From: Pseudomonadota bacterium | Lineage (GTDB): Bacteria; Campylobacterota; Campylobacteria; Campylobacterales; Sulfurimonadaceae | Reading direction: 5' to 3' | NCBI GenBank assembly: GCA_043797085.1 | Contig: JAZDQA010000008.1 | Coordinates: 1-64,000, forward strand | DNA length: 64,000 nt | Shown here: positions 1 through 10,069 of the stretch, piece after piece | Layout: the number at the start of each line of letters is the position of its first letter | How positions within the stretch are numbered: position 1 is the first letter of the stretch | Translations under genes and position numbers: made by a program | Notes under the pieces: model-generated | Seen by the model: only the letters and a program-made list of their open reading frames with translations | What the model was told of the DNA's origin: nothing | The model's database searches: none

Positions 1-3000
1 TTGCGGCAAACGGAAGTTACACCTATATGCCTGCTGCGAACTTCAACGGAGTCGACAGTGTTGATTACACCCTAACCGACGGTACCCTTAGCGATATCGG
101 AACCCTGACCATCACCGTTGCAGCGGTGAACGATGCACCGATACTCGACCTCGACGCCAACAACACAACAGCTTCAGGCAATAATTTTGCGACTACATTT
201 ACTGAAGGTGGAAGTGCGGTTTATCTTGCAGATACCGATATTTCAATTACCGATGTTGATAGCACAACCATTTCGACTGCAACGATTACGATTACGAATA
301 AAGAGGGTGGAGATTTCTTAACTGTAGGTACTTTACCATCCGGTATTACGGCGAGTGCCTATAACTCGACAACAGGTGTGATTACGTTGAGTGGAACGGC
401 CAGTTTGAGTGATTATCAGTCGGCTATTCGTGCTATTCAGTATTCTAATGACGGTTCAACGGTTAATACGACACGAGCCATTACGGTTGTTGTAAATGAC
501 GGAGCAAATAACAGCGCTCTTGTAACTGCAAATATTACTATTGTTACCCTTCCGACGGTTAGTATCACAGACGTATCGGTACAAGAACCGGCTTCTGGAA
601 CGGCTACATTGACGTTTACGATTTCGATTGATCAGCCATTGGCAACGAATTTGACCTTTAACTATGCAACGGCGAACGTAAGTGCTCTATCTGGATTGGA
701 TTATGTTGCTAAAACAACGACGGTTGGAACTATTATTGCCGGTGCGACATCAACGACAGTAACCGTAACAGTAAACAGTGATACCAATCTCTTTGAAGGG
801 GATGAAACCTTTAATCTTAATCTGACTGGATTTAATCAAACGGTAAATTTTGAGCCGGGTGCTCATGTCATCAGTGGAGGTATCCAAGGAATCGGAACCA
901 TCGGTGCAAATAACGGTGCGCCGATTGCTGTGGATGATGTTTTCGTTACTACACCGAATACGCCGTTGGTAACGGGTAATGTTCTGAGCAATGATACATT
1001 GGTTGATAATGCACATGTACAAACCTATAGTGCCATATCAGTGAATGGCGGTACGGTTGTATATAATAATGACGGTACCTTTACTTATACTCCTGCGAAT
1101 GGGTATACCGGAACCGATACCTTTACCTACACATTAATCGATGATGACGGTGATATGGATACGGCAACTGTAACAGTCAATGTTAATTCCATAGTCGTTG
1201 TTCCTCCGGCAGTGAGCAATGTTCCTGATACCACTTACGTAGAGAATGGAACGCCGATCAATCTAGTATCAGGAGTCACGATTTCCGATACAGACAGTAC
1301 TACGCTTTCATCGGTTGTGATTACAGTCAACGGATACATAGCTTCTCAGGATGTTATCGACTATTTGACAGCAGGAACAAGTATTACAGCAACTACATCG
1401 GTCAGTGGAAATACTTGGACATTGACCTTGAGCGGCGGTGTAGATATTAACGAATATCAAAGCGTTATGGGGACGATTATGTACCATAATACGTCCGAAA
1501 ATCCGAGTACTTCGACACGTAATGTTACCGTGACTGCGTATGATCAATCGTATGCGAATCTATATGGAAGTGACGCGGGAACACTCAACATTACAGCCGT
1601 TAATGATGCAGCGATTACTACAAATAACGAAGTTTATACCATAGGTACCAGTCAAGATAATTTACTTCATATTACTTTGCCAACCGATGCGGATACTGAT
1701 ACTAATTTACTTGTTATTACTGTAACAGGCTTACCGATCAACGGTACGGTGACATTGGAAGACGGAACAACTCCTGTAACCAATGGTGAAATATTGACTC
1801 TGGCACAATTAGGTTCATTGAAATTTGATGCAGGTGCTCTAAACAGTACAGGTACCTTGACCTATACGGTTTCAGATGGACAATATACGTCTACAGGAAC
1901 GACAACGATTAATGTCGGAACGACCAAAGCGGATGTCAATACGGTGTATGAAAGCGGATTAAACATAGACACACCTTTAGTGGACTACATTGGAACGCAA
2001 GCAGGTATCGCCGCTACGGTTGCTACAGGCAATCTATTTGCCAATGATGCAGGTACCATTGGGCAAACACTCAGCAATATTACGGTAGGTGGTACAGCTC
2101 CAATTGGTGGTATTATCACGACTACGACATCAATAGGAACATTGCAAGTTTATACGGATAGCAGCCATGTAGGGTATGTAGCGGGAGATTATGTATATAC
2201 GTTGACTTCACCATACAATAACCCTTCTGATCCTCTTGTGCAAAATGCTAGCTCATTTAATGAAGTCTTTAACTATCAGGTTACCGCTAATGGCATACCT
2301 TTAAGTAATACCCTTACGATTAATGTGGTCGATGATACTCCAATAGCAAATCCTGTTGTGCAGGATGTTCCGGAGTCAGAAGAAAAAATCTTTAATATCG
2401 TCTTGACGTTGGATAAGTCAGGAAGTATGGCATGGGGGGCTATAACAGGAGCTACTAATCCTGGTACTGAGCCTACTCGAATGGAGATTGCACAAAGTGC
2501 AATCCGGTCATTGGTACAGGAATATTTTAACCAATCTACCAATGTAACAGTGACATTATTGACGTTTAGTACAAATGCGGCTTATGAGGGTACCTATACG
2601 GATTATAATTCTTTTGCAACAAAATTAGCTACTGTAACTCCGAACGGAGGTACGAACTATGTCGGTGCAACCAATGCGATCGTAAATCAATTTACGGCTG
2701 ATTTAGCTCTGCCAGATGCTGCCAATAAGCAGCAAATTTCTTATTTCATCTCTGATGGTGAAGCTACGGCTGGAACGTCTCCTATTGGAAGCGGATACAT
2801 TGAATACGTTAATTCGCATTCGATAGAATCTTACTCGGTAGGAATCGGTTCAAGTTTACCTGCGGATGTTAGTGATTTGAATTATATACATAATATTGAC
2901 TCCATGGGAAGTGGTACGATAGACAGTGCTTTGATTGTTGATAATCTAAACAATCTCCAATCGGTTCTGCTTAGTACCGTACCGACAGCTTACGGCGGGA

Positions 3001-5549
3001 ACATTACAGCCAATGGTTCGATTGATAATGTTTTGTTTGGTGCGGATGGCGGATACGTCAAATCGATTACCCTTACGATAGGAGGCGTAACGAATACTAT
3101 CACCTATGATGGAACGCTAGTAGACGTTCCAACTTATCCTACAGATCCTGCCGGATTTGCTAGCGGTTCTGTAAGTGTTACTGGAAGCAACATTACAATT
3201 ATTCAAAGTGACACAAACTTCATTTATGGAACGTTTACCTTTGATTTTAATGATGGAAGTTATACGTTTAGCGCACCGAACGGAACAGCTCCTTTGGTAT
3301 TCGAATTTGCGTATACAATCATTGATCGCGACGGAGATATGAAATCATCAACTGCGACGATTAACATCGTCGATGATTCACCGGATGCACGGGATGATTT
3401 ACACACGATTACCACGTATGAGATTGCTGAGGGTAATGTGATTTCAGCGATTGGAACCGATGGAGGACCGAAATTCGGTAACAACATCACACCATTTGCT
3501 GTTCAAGGAGGCGGTGTCGATAAAATCGTTGATAATGCTACCGTAAGCAAATTTAATTATAAAGGGGCGGTGATTGATTTAACATTGACTGCAACGACTA
3601 CAGTTAATTCAGGAACTCCTGTAGCTGTACCAACGATATCGGCCGCAAATGTTACCGCATCAGGATTTACTTTAATAGGTAGTAATACGGTGAATTATAA
3701 TACGGGTGGTGCAGGCATCAGAGGAGGCAATTCAAATACAACACTTGATACTAATGAAAATATAACCGTTAATTTTGCTCAGAAACAGCCGTTAGGAGTC
3801 TCAAATGTCTCTTTAGTGCTCAATGATTTTCTTGCAAACAATACGGTTAGTATTACCGTTAAAGATATTAGTGGAGCAATTATAGCTGGACCGACAAATT
3901 ATAGTGGAATGGCAGGAGGTTCTGCGACAATCACACTGAACCAAACCGGCATCGGGTCAGTCGAAATCGTTGGTGTCAATGCGGCTGGAGATGATGATGC
4001 ACAGCTAGGTAGCGTAGCTTATACTCCTTTAGTTGAAACAACAACTTTGTCTCAAACTAGTGGCACGAACGGTAGTAATCTGGATTGGACTTACAGTGCA
4101 GATAAAGATCTCGATGGAAAAAATGTCTTTACTGCAACTGTAACCGATTCTAGTGATGGTTCAACATTTATTATGCGAAGCAATGGGTATTATAACTATA
4201 TACCTGATCAATCAAACAAACCAGTTCCAGTTGTCGTACATGAAAGTTTTACCGATGGAAATGTAAATAATGGGGTGAGTTTATCATCACCAGATGCAAC
4301 TCCAGGACTTAATACAACCTATGGTATTACTATGAATTCAAACTTTGATGCCTCTACTAGAAGATTAGATTCAGGAGAAGAAGTTACATTAAGTTTTTCT
4401 TCAGCGCTTTACCCTGATGGAGTAAAAGATATTTCTTTAACTAACTATTATGCATCTGGAAGTGCAACTATTACTGTATATGATGTTAATGGAGCTGTAT
4501 TAGATAGTTATGTTGCATCAATTACGACGAATATGACTATTAATACCCAAACAATAGGGATTGGAAGCATCAAAATTGATACTTTTACATCTAGTAATGA
4601 CCAAATCAGTATTACAGCTATTGATTTTACAAAAGTGCCTGACCCAGTATTATATCCAAGTGTATTGGAACCGATTTTGGTCGATTACACCTTGACTGAT
4701 ACCGATGGGCAATTCGATACGGCACAGTTAGCTATCTATACCCCAGATCAAACATTGACGGGTACAGCAGGGGTAGATAATATCTCCGGCGGAATTCTCA
4801 ACGATGCGATTATCGGTGATGCCGGAGACGATACTTTATCTGGAAATGACGGGCATGATACCCTCTCAGGCGGAATAGGAAATGATACTCTCAGCGGTGG
4901 TACTGGAATTGACCATTTAAGCGGAGGGGATGGCAATGATGCTCTTTATGGCGGTGCCGATGCTGATAGCCTCAGCGGTGATGCCGGAGATGATCTTCTT
5001 GATGGGGGAACCGGTGATGATATCGTCAAAGGGGGCATAGGCAACGATGCTCTTTACGGTGGAGCAGGTAATGACCGTCTCGAAGGTGATAGCGGTAATG
5101 ATATTTTAAATGGCGGTGCGGGTGCTGATGTTCTTATGGGTGGAGATGGTGAAGACATTTTGACTTTTGATGCATCTGATACTCTTATCGACGGAGGTAA
5201 AGGTTTTGATACATTACTCATGCCATTTGGAGGCAATATTGACTTTAATCTTTTAAATACAGCAAACAATACGATTAAAAATATGGAAGTTATTGATCTT
5301 TCTGCTAATGGAAGTCATAGTCTGACAAATATCTCATTGCAAGATGTAATCGATATGACAGATGGAAATAAAGATTTGTATATTCTTGGAGATGTGGGTG
5401 ATACAGTAACGGTTGATTCTACGTTGACAAATACGGGAACCTCAACGGAAATAGTCAATGGTGCTTCACACGTATTTGATATCTATACTAATAGTGGTGA
5501 TCCAACAGTTACGTTAAAAATCGAACAAGTCATTACAGACACGATTTAA
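1..5549 (+). CDS. Giant RTX/T1SS-secreted adhesin, LapA-like (5'-partial; the reading frame is open from the window start)
   Basis: Tandem cadherin/Ig-like repeats (NDAP, YTPANGYTGTDTFTYT), a Calx-beta-like segment, a VWA domain with MIDAS DKSGS, many GGxGxDxL RTX nonapeptides, and a T1SS-type C-terminus. Frame open upstream of position 27 (AANGSYTYMP). lapG/lapD lie downstream. Confidence 0.88.
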   Translation, partial: AANGSYTYMPAANFNGVDSVDYTLTDGTLSDIGTLTITVAAVNDAPILDLDANNTTASGNNFATTFTEGGSAVYLADTDISITDVDSTTISTATITITNKEGGDFLTVGTLPSGITASAYNSTTGVITLSGTASLSDYQSAIRAIQYSNDGSTVNTTRAITVVVNDGANNSALVTANITIVTLPTVSITDVSVQEPASGTATLTFTISIDQPLATNLTFNYATANVSALSGLDYVAKTTTVGTIIAGATSTTVTVTVNSDTNLFEGDETFNLNLTGFNQTVNFEPGAHVISGGIQGIGTIGANNGAPIAVDDVFVTTPNTPLVTGNVLSNDTLVDNAHVQTYSAISVNGGTVVYNNDGTFTYTPANGYTGTDTFTYTLIDDDGDMDTATVTVNVNSIVVVPPAVSNVPDTTYVENGTPINLVSGVTISDTDSTTLSSVVITVNGYIASQDVIDYLTAGTSITATTSVSGNTWTLTLSGGVDINEYQSVMGTIMYHNTSENPSTSTRNVTVTAYDQSYANLYGSDAGTLNITAVNDAAITTNNEVYTIGTSQDNLLHITLPTDADTDTNLLVITVTGLPINGTVTLEDGTTPVTNGEILTLAQLGSLKFDAGALNSTGTLTYTVSDGQYTSTGTTTINVGTTKADVNTVYESGLNIDTPLVDYIGTQAGIAATVATGNLFANDAGTIGQTLSNITVGGTAPIGGIITTTTSIGTLQVYTDSSHVGYVAGDYVYTLTSPYNNPSDPLVQNASSFNEVFNYQVTANGIPLSNTLTINVVDDTPIANPVVQDVPESEEKIFNIVLTLDKSGSMAWGAITGATNPGTEPTRMEIAQSAIRSLVQEYFNQSTNVTVTLLTFSTNAAYEGTYTDYNSFATKLATVTPNGGTNYVGATNAIVNQFTADLALPDAANKQQISYFISDGEATAGTSPIGSGYIEYVNSHSIESYSVGIGSSLPADVSDLNYIHNIDSMGSGTIDSALIVDNLNNLQSVLLSTVPTAYGGNITANGSIDNVLFGADGGYVKSITLTIGGVTNTITYDGTLVDVPTYPTDPAGFASGSVSVTGSNITIIQSDTNFIYGTFTFDFNDGSYTFSAPNGTAPLVFEFAYTIIDRDGDMKSSTATINIVDDSPDARDDLHTITTYEIAEGNVISAIGTDGGPKFGNNITPFAVQGGGVDKIVDNATVSKFNYKGAVIDLTLTATTTVNSGTPVAVPTISAANVTASGFTLIGSNTVNYNTGGAGIRGGNSNTTLDTNENITVNFAQKQPLGVSNVSLVLNDFLANNTVSITVKDISGAIIAGPTNYSGMAGGSATITLNQTGIGSVEIVGVNAAGDDDAQLGSVAYTPLVETTTLSQTSGTNGSNLDWTYSADKDLDGKNVFTATVTDSSDGSTFIMRSNGYYNYIPDQSNKPVPVVVHESFTDGNVNNGVSLSSPDATPGLNTTYGITMNSNFDASTRRLDSGEEVTLSFSSALYPDGVKDISLTNYYASGSATITVYDVNGAVLDSYVASITTNMTINTQTIGIGSIKIDTFTSSNDQISITAIDFTKVPDPVLYPSVLEPILVDYTLTDTDGQFDTAQLAIYTPDQTLTGTAGVDNISGGILNDAIIGDAGDDTLSGNDGHDTLSGGIGNDTLSGGTGIDHLSGGDGNDALYGGADADSLSGDAGDDLLDGGTGDDIVKGGIGNDALYGGAGNDRLEGDSGNDILNGGAGADVLMGGDGEDILTFDASDTLIDGGKGFDTLLMPFGGNIDFNLLNTANNTIKNMEVIDLSANGSHSLTNISLQDVIDMTDGNKDLYILGDVGDTVTVDSTLTNTGTSTEIVNGASHVFDIYTNSGDPTVTLKIEQVITDTI

Positions 5550-5590
5550 TTACCAAAATACGGGTATAAATAATTCGCTCTCTCTTCGTC

Positions 5591-5610
5591 GTGGCGGCTA
5601 TCTCCGCCAC
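5591..5610. terminator. GC-rich hairpin after the adhesin gene (possible terminator or 3' stabilising stem)
   Basis: GTGGCGG-ctatct-CCGCCAC, a 7-bp stem about 40 nt after the stop; no clear U-tract. Confidence 0.4.
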
Positions 5611-5767
5611 TCTCCGGAACAGTTTATGTGATTAATTTTGGCTGACTGCTTATAATCTTATTTCATCACAATTTTAAGATATTTTCGTTTTATTGCGCAG
5701 GTTTTTCAACATTTTAATAACAATTAGTGGGTAATATACCAGTATCAAGTATACAGGGCAAATTTAT

Positions 5768-6259
5768 ATGCAGCAGATTATTTTCTTTTTTATATTACTA
5801 CTATTTTCAGGATGCAGCACTCTTTCGTACAATGTCAACCAGGGGAAACTGGATAAAAATCAAAAAATTGTTGTGGATGTATTTTCAAATTATACGGAAA
5901 CTCCTATGGCAGGATACCGTGCGGCGTCAATCATGGATGCGGCACTCCTCCAGCGCGGATTTAAAAGCAATCCAATGTACTCGATGGTATCGGATGAGAG
6001 CAGTAACGTAGAAACACCTTTGACAGAGCGTATTCAAAAAGCAAAAAATTCAGGAGCATCTTTACTCGCGACGGGTGAGGTTATTGAGTGGCGTTACAAA
6101 ACTGGAATCGATGGTGAGCCTGCTGTAAGTTTGGTTATTCGTGTTTATGATACACAGACAGCTCAAGTGATTTTTAGTTCAACCGGAAGTAAGAATGGTT
6201 TGGGATATAGTTCTATAGGTCTTGTTGCCAACGATGTTATTAACGGAATGTTACCTTGA
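5768..6259 (+). CDS. pelC: PelC-like outer-membrane lipoprotein
   Basis: Lipobox LFSGC; PelC-family motifs NYTETPMAG and EWRYKTGIDGEPAV; first gene of the pel cluster. Confidence 0.85.
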   Translation: MQQIIFFFILLLFSGCSTLSYNVNQGKLDKNQKIVVDVFSNYTETPMAGYRAASIMDAALLQRGFKSNPMYSMVSDESSNVETPLTERIQKAKNSGASLLATGEVIEWRYKTGIDGEPAVSLVIRVYDTQTAQVIFSSTGSKNGLGYSSIGLVANDVINGMLP

Positions 6260-6298
6260 TTAGACTTTTTTTATTTCATAATAATCTAAGTTAGTTTT

Positions 6299-7564
6299 AT
6301 GATTCTTCAGCAAATATCGCAAAGACTTAAAATCTTAAATAGCTATACGATATGGATAGAAATCGTTATGTGGACGGTAGCTTTTATTATTTTCGGATAT
6401 TTATTTAGACCTTCTGACCCTATTTTTCTTAACAGTGATTATAATATTTTTCTTATTTACATGACGGTTTTCACCCTTTTTTATGGAACGGTTGTCGGGC
6501 TTTCGATGTTTGGCTTGATCTATTTAGTAGCTTTAAATTTTTACGATGTAATTCCCTATACAAAAGTTATGGAATATCTCATTTTTATTTTAATCTTTGG
6601 TGAATTTCATTACCACTGGAACCGAAAAATAAATATTTTGGAAGAGAGTACTTTTTATACTAAAAATCGATTGCGTATGCTTGGAAATGCTTTTTATTTA
6701 ACAAAAATTTCGCATGATCAGCTCGAAAAAGGGTATGTGTTACAGCCGATAAGTTTACGTGGTGCTATTGCTTCTTTGGTCAGTGATGCGAGTGTGATTG
6801 ATCGATATGAACACCTTTTAAAGCGTTTAGAACACTATTTTTCTCTTGAGTCAGCCGCATATTTTCATATAGACAATGCTAAAAAAATCAAAAAATTGGG
6901 TCAAATCGGATCGCACAATATAGAGTTTGACAGTGCTCATCCCATGATAGAAAAAATGATTGATAATGAACAGGCGATATTCGTTTCCGATGACAGTATT
7001 AAAAAAACAGATATTTTAGTTGTTTTGCCTTCTTTTGATCATCTGGGAGCGTTAAAGGGGGCATTGATTATCAAAGAGATGTCGTTTATGATGTTTAATT
7101 TGGATAATATTTTGAAGATTGAGGTAATTCTTAATTATTTCGAGCAAGAAAATTTGAAATATGCTATTTCAAATAAAAAGTCAAATTATCCACTTTTAAC
7201 CAAACCTGCATTTTCTTTTGAAGTAAGCCGTATGAAAGAGTTAAAGATACGATTTGGGATTGAGAGTTCGATGCTTTTAATTTATGCGGATCAACTTGCT
7301 TCCATTTCAGTTTTGGATTATTTTATTCTTAATAATCTACGTGTTTTGGATATGTATGAGAAGATTGCTTTTGATAATGATGAATATTTTTTCTTATTTT
7401 TACTTCCACTGGAGCGCGTTAGCGGTGCATTGAGTTTTAAGGAACGGCTTATCGGTAAAATGGCTTTGAATGTGCGCAAAGATTTACAAACTTTAATCGT
7501 GGGAATCGATCAAATTGATAATGCATTTGATTGGATCGATAAGACAAAACGTGTTGTTGCTTAA
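6299..7564 (+). CDS. pelD: PelD-like c-di-GMP receptor (N-terminal TM helices, GAF-like domain, degenerate GGDEF)
   Basis: TM N-terminus, PelD motif ISHDQLE, RxxD I-site (LRVLD), no GGDEF catalytic motif; position in the pel operon. Confidence 0.8.
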   Translation: MILQQISQRLKILNSYTIWIEIVMWTVAFIIFGYLFRPSDPIFLNSDYNIFLIYMTVFTLFYGTVVGLSMFGLIYLVALNFYDVIPYTKVMEYLIFILIFGEFHYHWNRKINILEESTFYTKNRLRMLGNAFYLTKISHDQLEKGYVLQPISLRGAIASLVSDASVIDRYEHLLKRLEHYFSLESAAYFHIDNAKKIKKLGQIGSHNIEFDSAHPMIEKMIDNEQAIFVSDDSIKKTDILVVLPSFDHLGALKGALIIKEMSFMMFNLDNILKIEVILNYFEQENLKYAISNKKSNYPLLTKPAFSFEVSRMKELKIRFGIESSMLLIYADQLASISVLDYFILNNLRVLDMYEKIAFDNDEYFFLFLLPLERVSGALSFKERLIGKMALNVRKDLQTLIVGIDQIDNAFDWIDKTKRVVA

Positions 7565-8552
7565 TCTGTTTTTACCGATCGCTTTGTTCGTAGAGGCTCA
7601 TGCTCTTATGACCCTTTTTCGCGGTGGAGATGCAGAGGGACTAAATACCTATTTTGTTTTTCATTTTTTAGCGTCTATTTTTATGACATTTTTTCAGTTG
7701 CAGTATGTTCCGAAGAACTATACAAAAGAGACAAAACAAATGGGGATATTTTTTCTTATTGTAAATTTTTCTACGTTGACGTTTGGATTTATTGTAACCA
7801 TGGTAGTGATTTTTTTTGGGTTAAGAAAAATGATTTTAACTCAGGAAGATATTAATACGGATAAGATTAGTTTTAACCAAATTACGGATGCCTATCCTGA
7901 AATAAAGCGAATTTTTGGAGAAGGTTCATTAGAAGATACTTTAAACAGTGAGCATGCTCATAGCAAGATAAAAATCAAAGCACTTTCTGCACTTTACAAT
8001 ACAAAAAATCCTGAAGCAATGAAACATATCAAAAATGCGCTCAGTGATGATAGTGATGAAGTTCGCTTGTACAGTTTTAGTTTGATCGATAATTTTGAAA
8101 AGGAACTTAATAAAAAAATTCATTTAGCGTTATTGGAGCTTCAAAATGAGTTAGATGAAGTAACACAAGGAGCTATTTATGGAAAACTTGCATTTTTATA
8201 CTGGGATATGCTCTATTATGAGATTTCTGATAGCAATCTAAAGAATTATTTTATGACGAGAGTACAAAATATGATTGATGCCTCTTTCAAACTGGCTCAA
8301 AATGATGGCTCTTTATATGTACTGCAAGGTAGACTACTGTTGTTGAACGGTAAAACACAAGAGGCAGAATCCTCGTTTAAAGATGCTTTAAATGCAGGGG
8401 CTAAGGTAAAAGTTATTAGTACGTATTTAGCCGAAATCGCTTTTCTTAAAAAGGATTTTACGCAAGTAGCCTACTGGCTTAATCAATATCCTAATTTATG
8501 TTTGGATTTAAAAATGTACAGCAACTATCAGTTATGGACAGGGAAAAAATGA
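7521..8552 (+). CDS. pelE: PelE-like inner-membrane HEAT/TPR protein (start uncertain; GTG 7551 is an alternative)
   Basis: N-terminal TM segments, LSDDSDEVRLYSF resembling the PelE motif, TPR-like C-terminus; lies between pelD and pelF. Confidence 0.75.
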   Translation: MHLIGSIRQNVLLLNLFLPIALFVEAHALMTLFRGGDAEGLNTYFVFHFLASIFMTFFQLQYVPKNYTKETKQMGIFFLIVNFSTLTFGFIVTMVVIFFGLRKMILTQEDINTDKISFNQITDAYPEIKRIFGEGSLEDTLNSEHAHSKIKIKALSALYNTKNPEAMKHIKNALSDDSDEVRLYSFSLIDNFEKELNKKIHLALLELQNELDEVTQGAIYGKLAFLYWDMLYYEISDSNLKNYFMTRVQNMIDASFKLAQNDGSLYVLQGRLLLLNGKTQEAESSFKDALNAGAKVKVISTYLAEIAFLKKDFTQVAYWLNQYPNLCLDLKMYSNYQLWTGKK

Positions 8553-10069
8553 ACGTAATTATTGATAAGAAAAATAAATTTGATATATTATTAGTCGCTG
8601 AGGGGACGTATCCGTATGTGCGCGGAGGGGTTTCGGGGTGGATTCACCAATTGATTAATGGACTGAAACATTATCGTTTTGGTATCGTTTTCATCGGAAG
8701 TCGTGAAGAAGATTACGGCGAAATACTGTATCAAATTCCTGAGAATTTGGATTTTTTAATGGTGGCCTATTTATTTAATGATTCGTCAAGACCGCCGGTG
8801 ATGGCGATGGAAGGTAAAAAGGAGGTCATTGATCATGTTGACTTCATTCATGACTGGTTTCGTAACAATGAGTCTACATTACCGGATGAATTGCAAAAAC
8901 TTAGTTTTTACAATGAGCAAGTCAGTGAGAAATTTTTTCTTTACAGTCACCGTTCATGGGAATATATCGAAAAAAAATATTATGAAAAAGCCAGAGAAAT
9001 GCCGTTTATTGATTATTTTTGGACAATACGTAATATTCACAGTCCGATATGGGTCGTTGCTAGAATCGCAAAAGCGTTAGAAGGACGAGCGAAAGTCATT
9101 CATTCCCCCTCAACCGGATATGCAGGTTTTTTAGGAGCACTTCTCGCTTTTAATGACCAGCTTCGGTATATTTTGACGGAGCACGGAATTTATACCAAAG
9201 AGCGTAAAATTGATTTATTAACCAATGATTTTTTGAGTTATCGTAAATTCGATATTTTCAAAGAGCCCGAAGAAGATGATGTTATTAAGCAAATGTGGGT
9301 ACATTTTTTTGAGGGGATAGGACGCTTTAGCTACAAACGAGCTGACTCTATCCTATCTTTATTTATCGGGGCACAAAATATTCAAATTGCATACGGTGCA
9401 GATGCCGCACGTTGCCGCGTTATCCCCAATGGTGTTGATGTTGAACGCTTAGGGAGTGTCATCGATAAACGCCCGGCTATTGTACCTAAAGTCATAACCC
9501 TGATCGGGCGTGTTGTGTCGATTAAAGATATTAAAACTTTTATCCGAGCAATCCGAATAGTTCAAGCCAAAATACCTGAGGTGCAAGGGTGGATTGTAGG
9601 TCCAATTGATGAAGAACCTGATTATTCACAAGAATGTTTGGATATGGTTGAAACTTTTAATTTGCAGGAAAATATAAAATTTTTAGGATTCCAAAATATT
9701 TTGGATATTTTGCCTCAAAGTGGAATTTTAACGCTAAGTTCAATCAGCGAGGGGATGCCATTGGTGGTACTTGAAGGTTTTGCTGCTGGTGTTCCTGCGG
9801 TAACAACCGATGTAGGATCGTGTAAAGAGCTTATTTATGGTGGGCTACATGATGAAGACATTGCGATTGGCAGTGCAGGAGAAGTGGTCTCAATCGCAAA
9901 TCCCGGAGCATTGGCTGAAGGATATTTAAAATTATTAGAGGATGAAGTTTATTGGCATACCTGTCAGCGAAATGCACTTAAAAGAGTGAATACCTATTAT
10001 ACGCAAGCCCAGTTTTTTGATGCGTACGATTCTATCTATAGAGAGGCATTGGCACCGTGGCAGGAATAG
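8549..10069 (+). CDS. pelF: PelF GT4 glycosyltransferase
   Basis: EGTYPYVRGGVSGW, STGYAG, LTEHGIYTKER, SISEGMPLVVLE motifs. Confidence 0.93.
   Translation: MNVIIDKKNKFDILLVAEGTYPYVRGGVSGWIHQLINGLKHYRFGIVFIGSREEDYGEILYQIPENLDFLMVAYLFNDSSRPPVMAMEGKKEVIDHVDFIHDWFRNNESTLPDELQKLSFYNEQVSEKFFLYSHRSWEYIEKKYYEKAREMPFIDYFWTIRNIHSPIWVVARIAKALEGRAKVIHSPSTGYAGFLGALLAFNDQLRYILTEHGIYTKERKIDLLTNDFLSYRKFDIFKEPEEDDVIKQMWVHFFEGIGRFSYKRADSILSLFIGAQNIQIAYGADAARCRVIPNGVDVERLGSVIDKRPAIVPKVITLIGRVVSIKDIKTFIRAIRIVQAKIPEVQGWIVGPIDEEPDYSQECLDMVETFNLQENIKFLGFQNILDILPQSGILTLSSISEGMPLVVLEGFAAGVPAVTTDVGSCKELIYGGLHDEDIAIGSAGEVVSIANPGALAEGYLKLLEDEVYWHTCQRNALKRVNTYYTQAQFFDAYDSIYREALAPWQE

Noticed and set aside
4750..5220. 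Periodic GC-rich repeats suggesting a CRISPR array or VNTR
   Set aside because: They encode RTX GGxGxDxL nonapeptides within the adhesin; there is no repeat-spacer structure.
5750..5770. ACAGGGCAAA upstream of pelC, resembling the start of a c-di-GMP-I (GEMM) riboswitch
   Set aside because: The GNRA-capped P2 stem and P3 stem do not follow; the motif runs straight into the pelC start codon and is better explained as the RBS region.
7805..7820. Poly-T run in pelE (and A runs elsewhere) as phase-variation tracts
   Set aside because: Short A/T runs are expected at this base composition, the frames are intact, and no long poly-G/C tract was seen.
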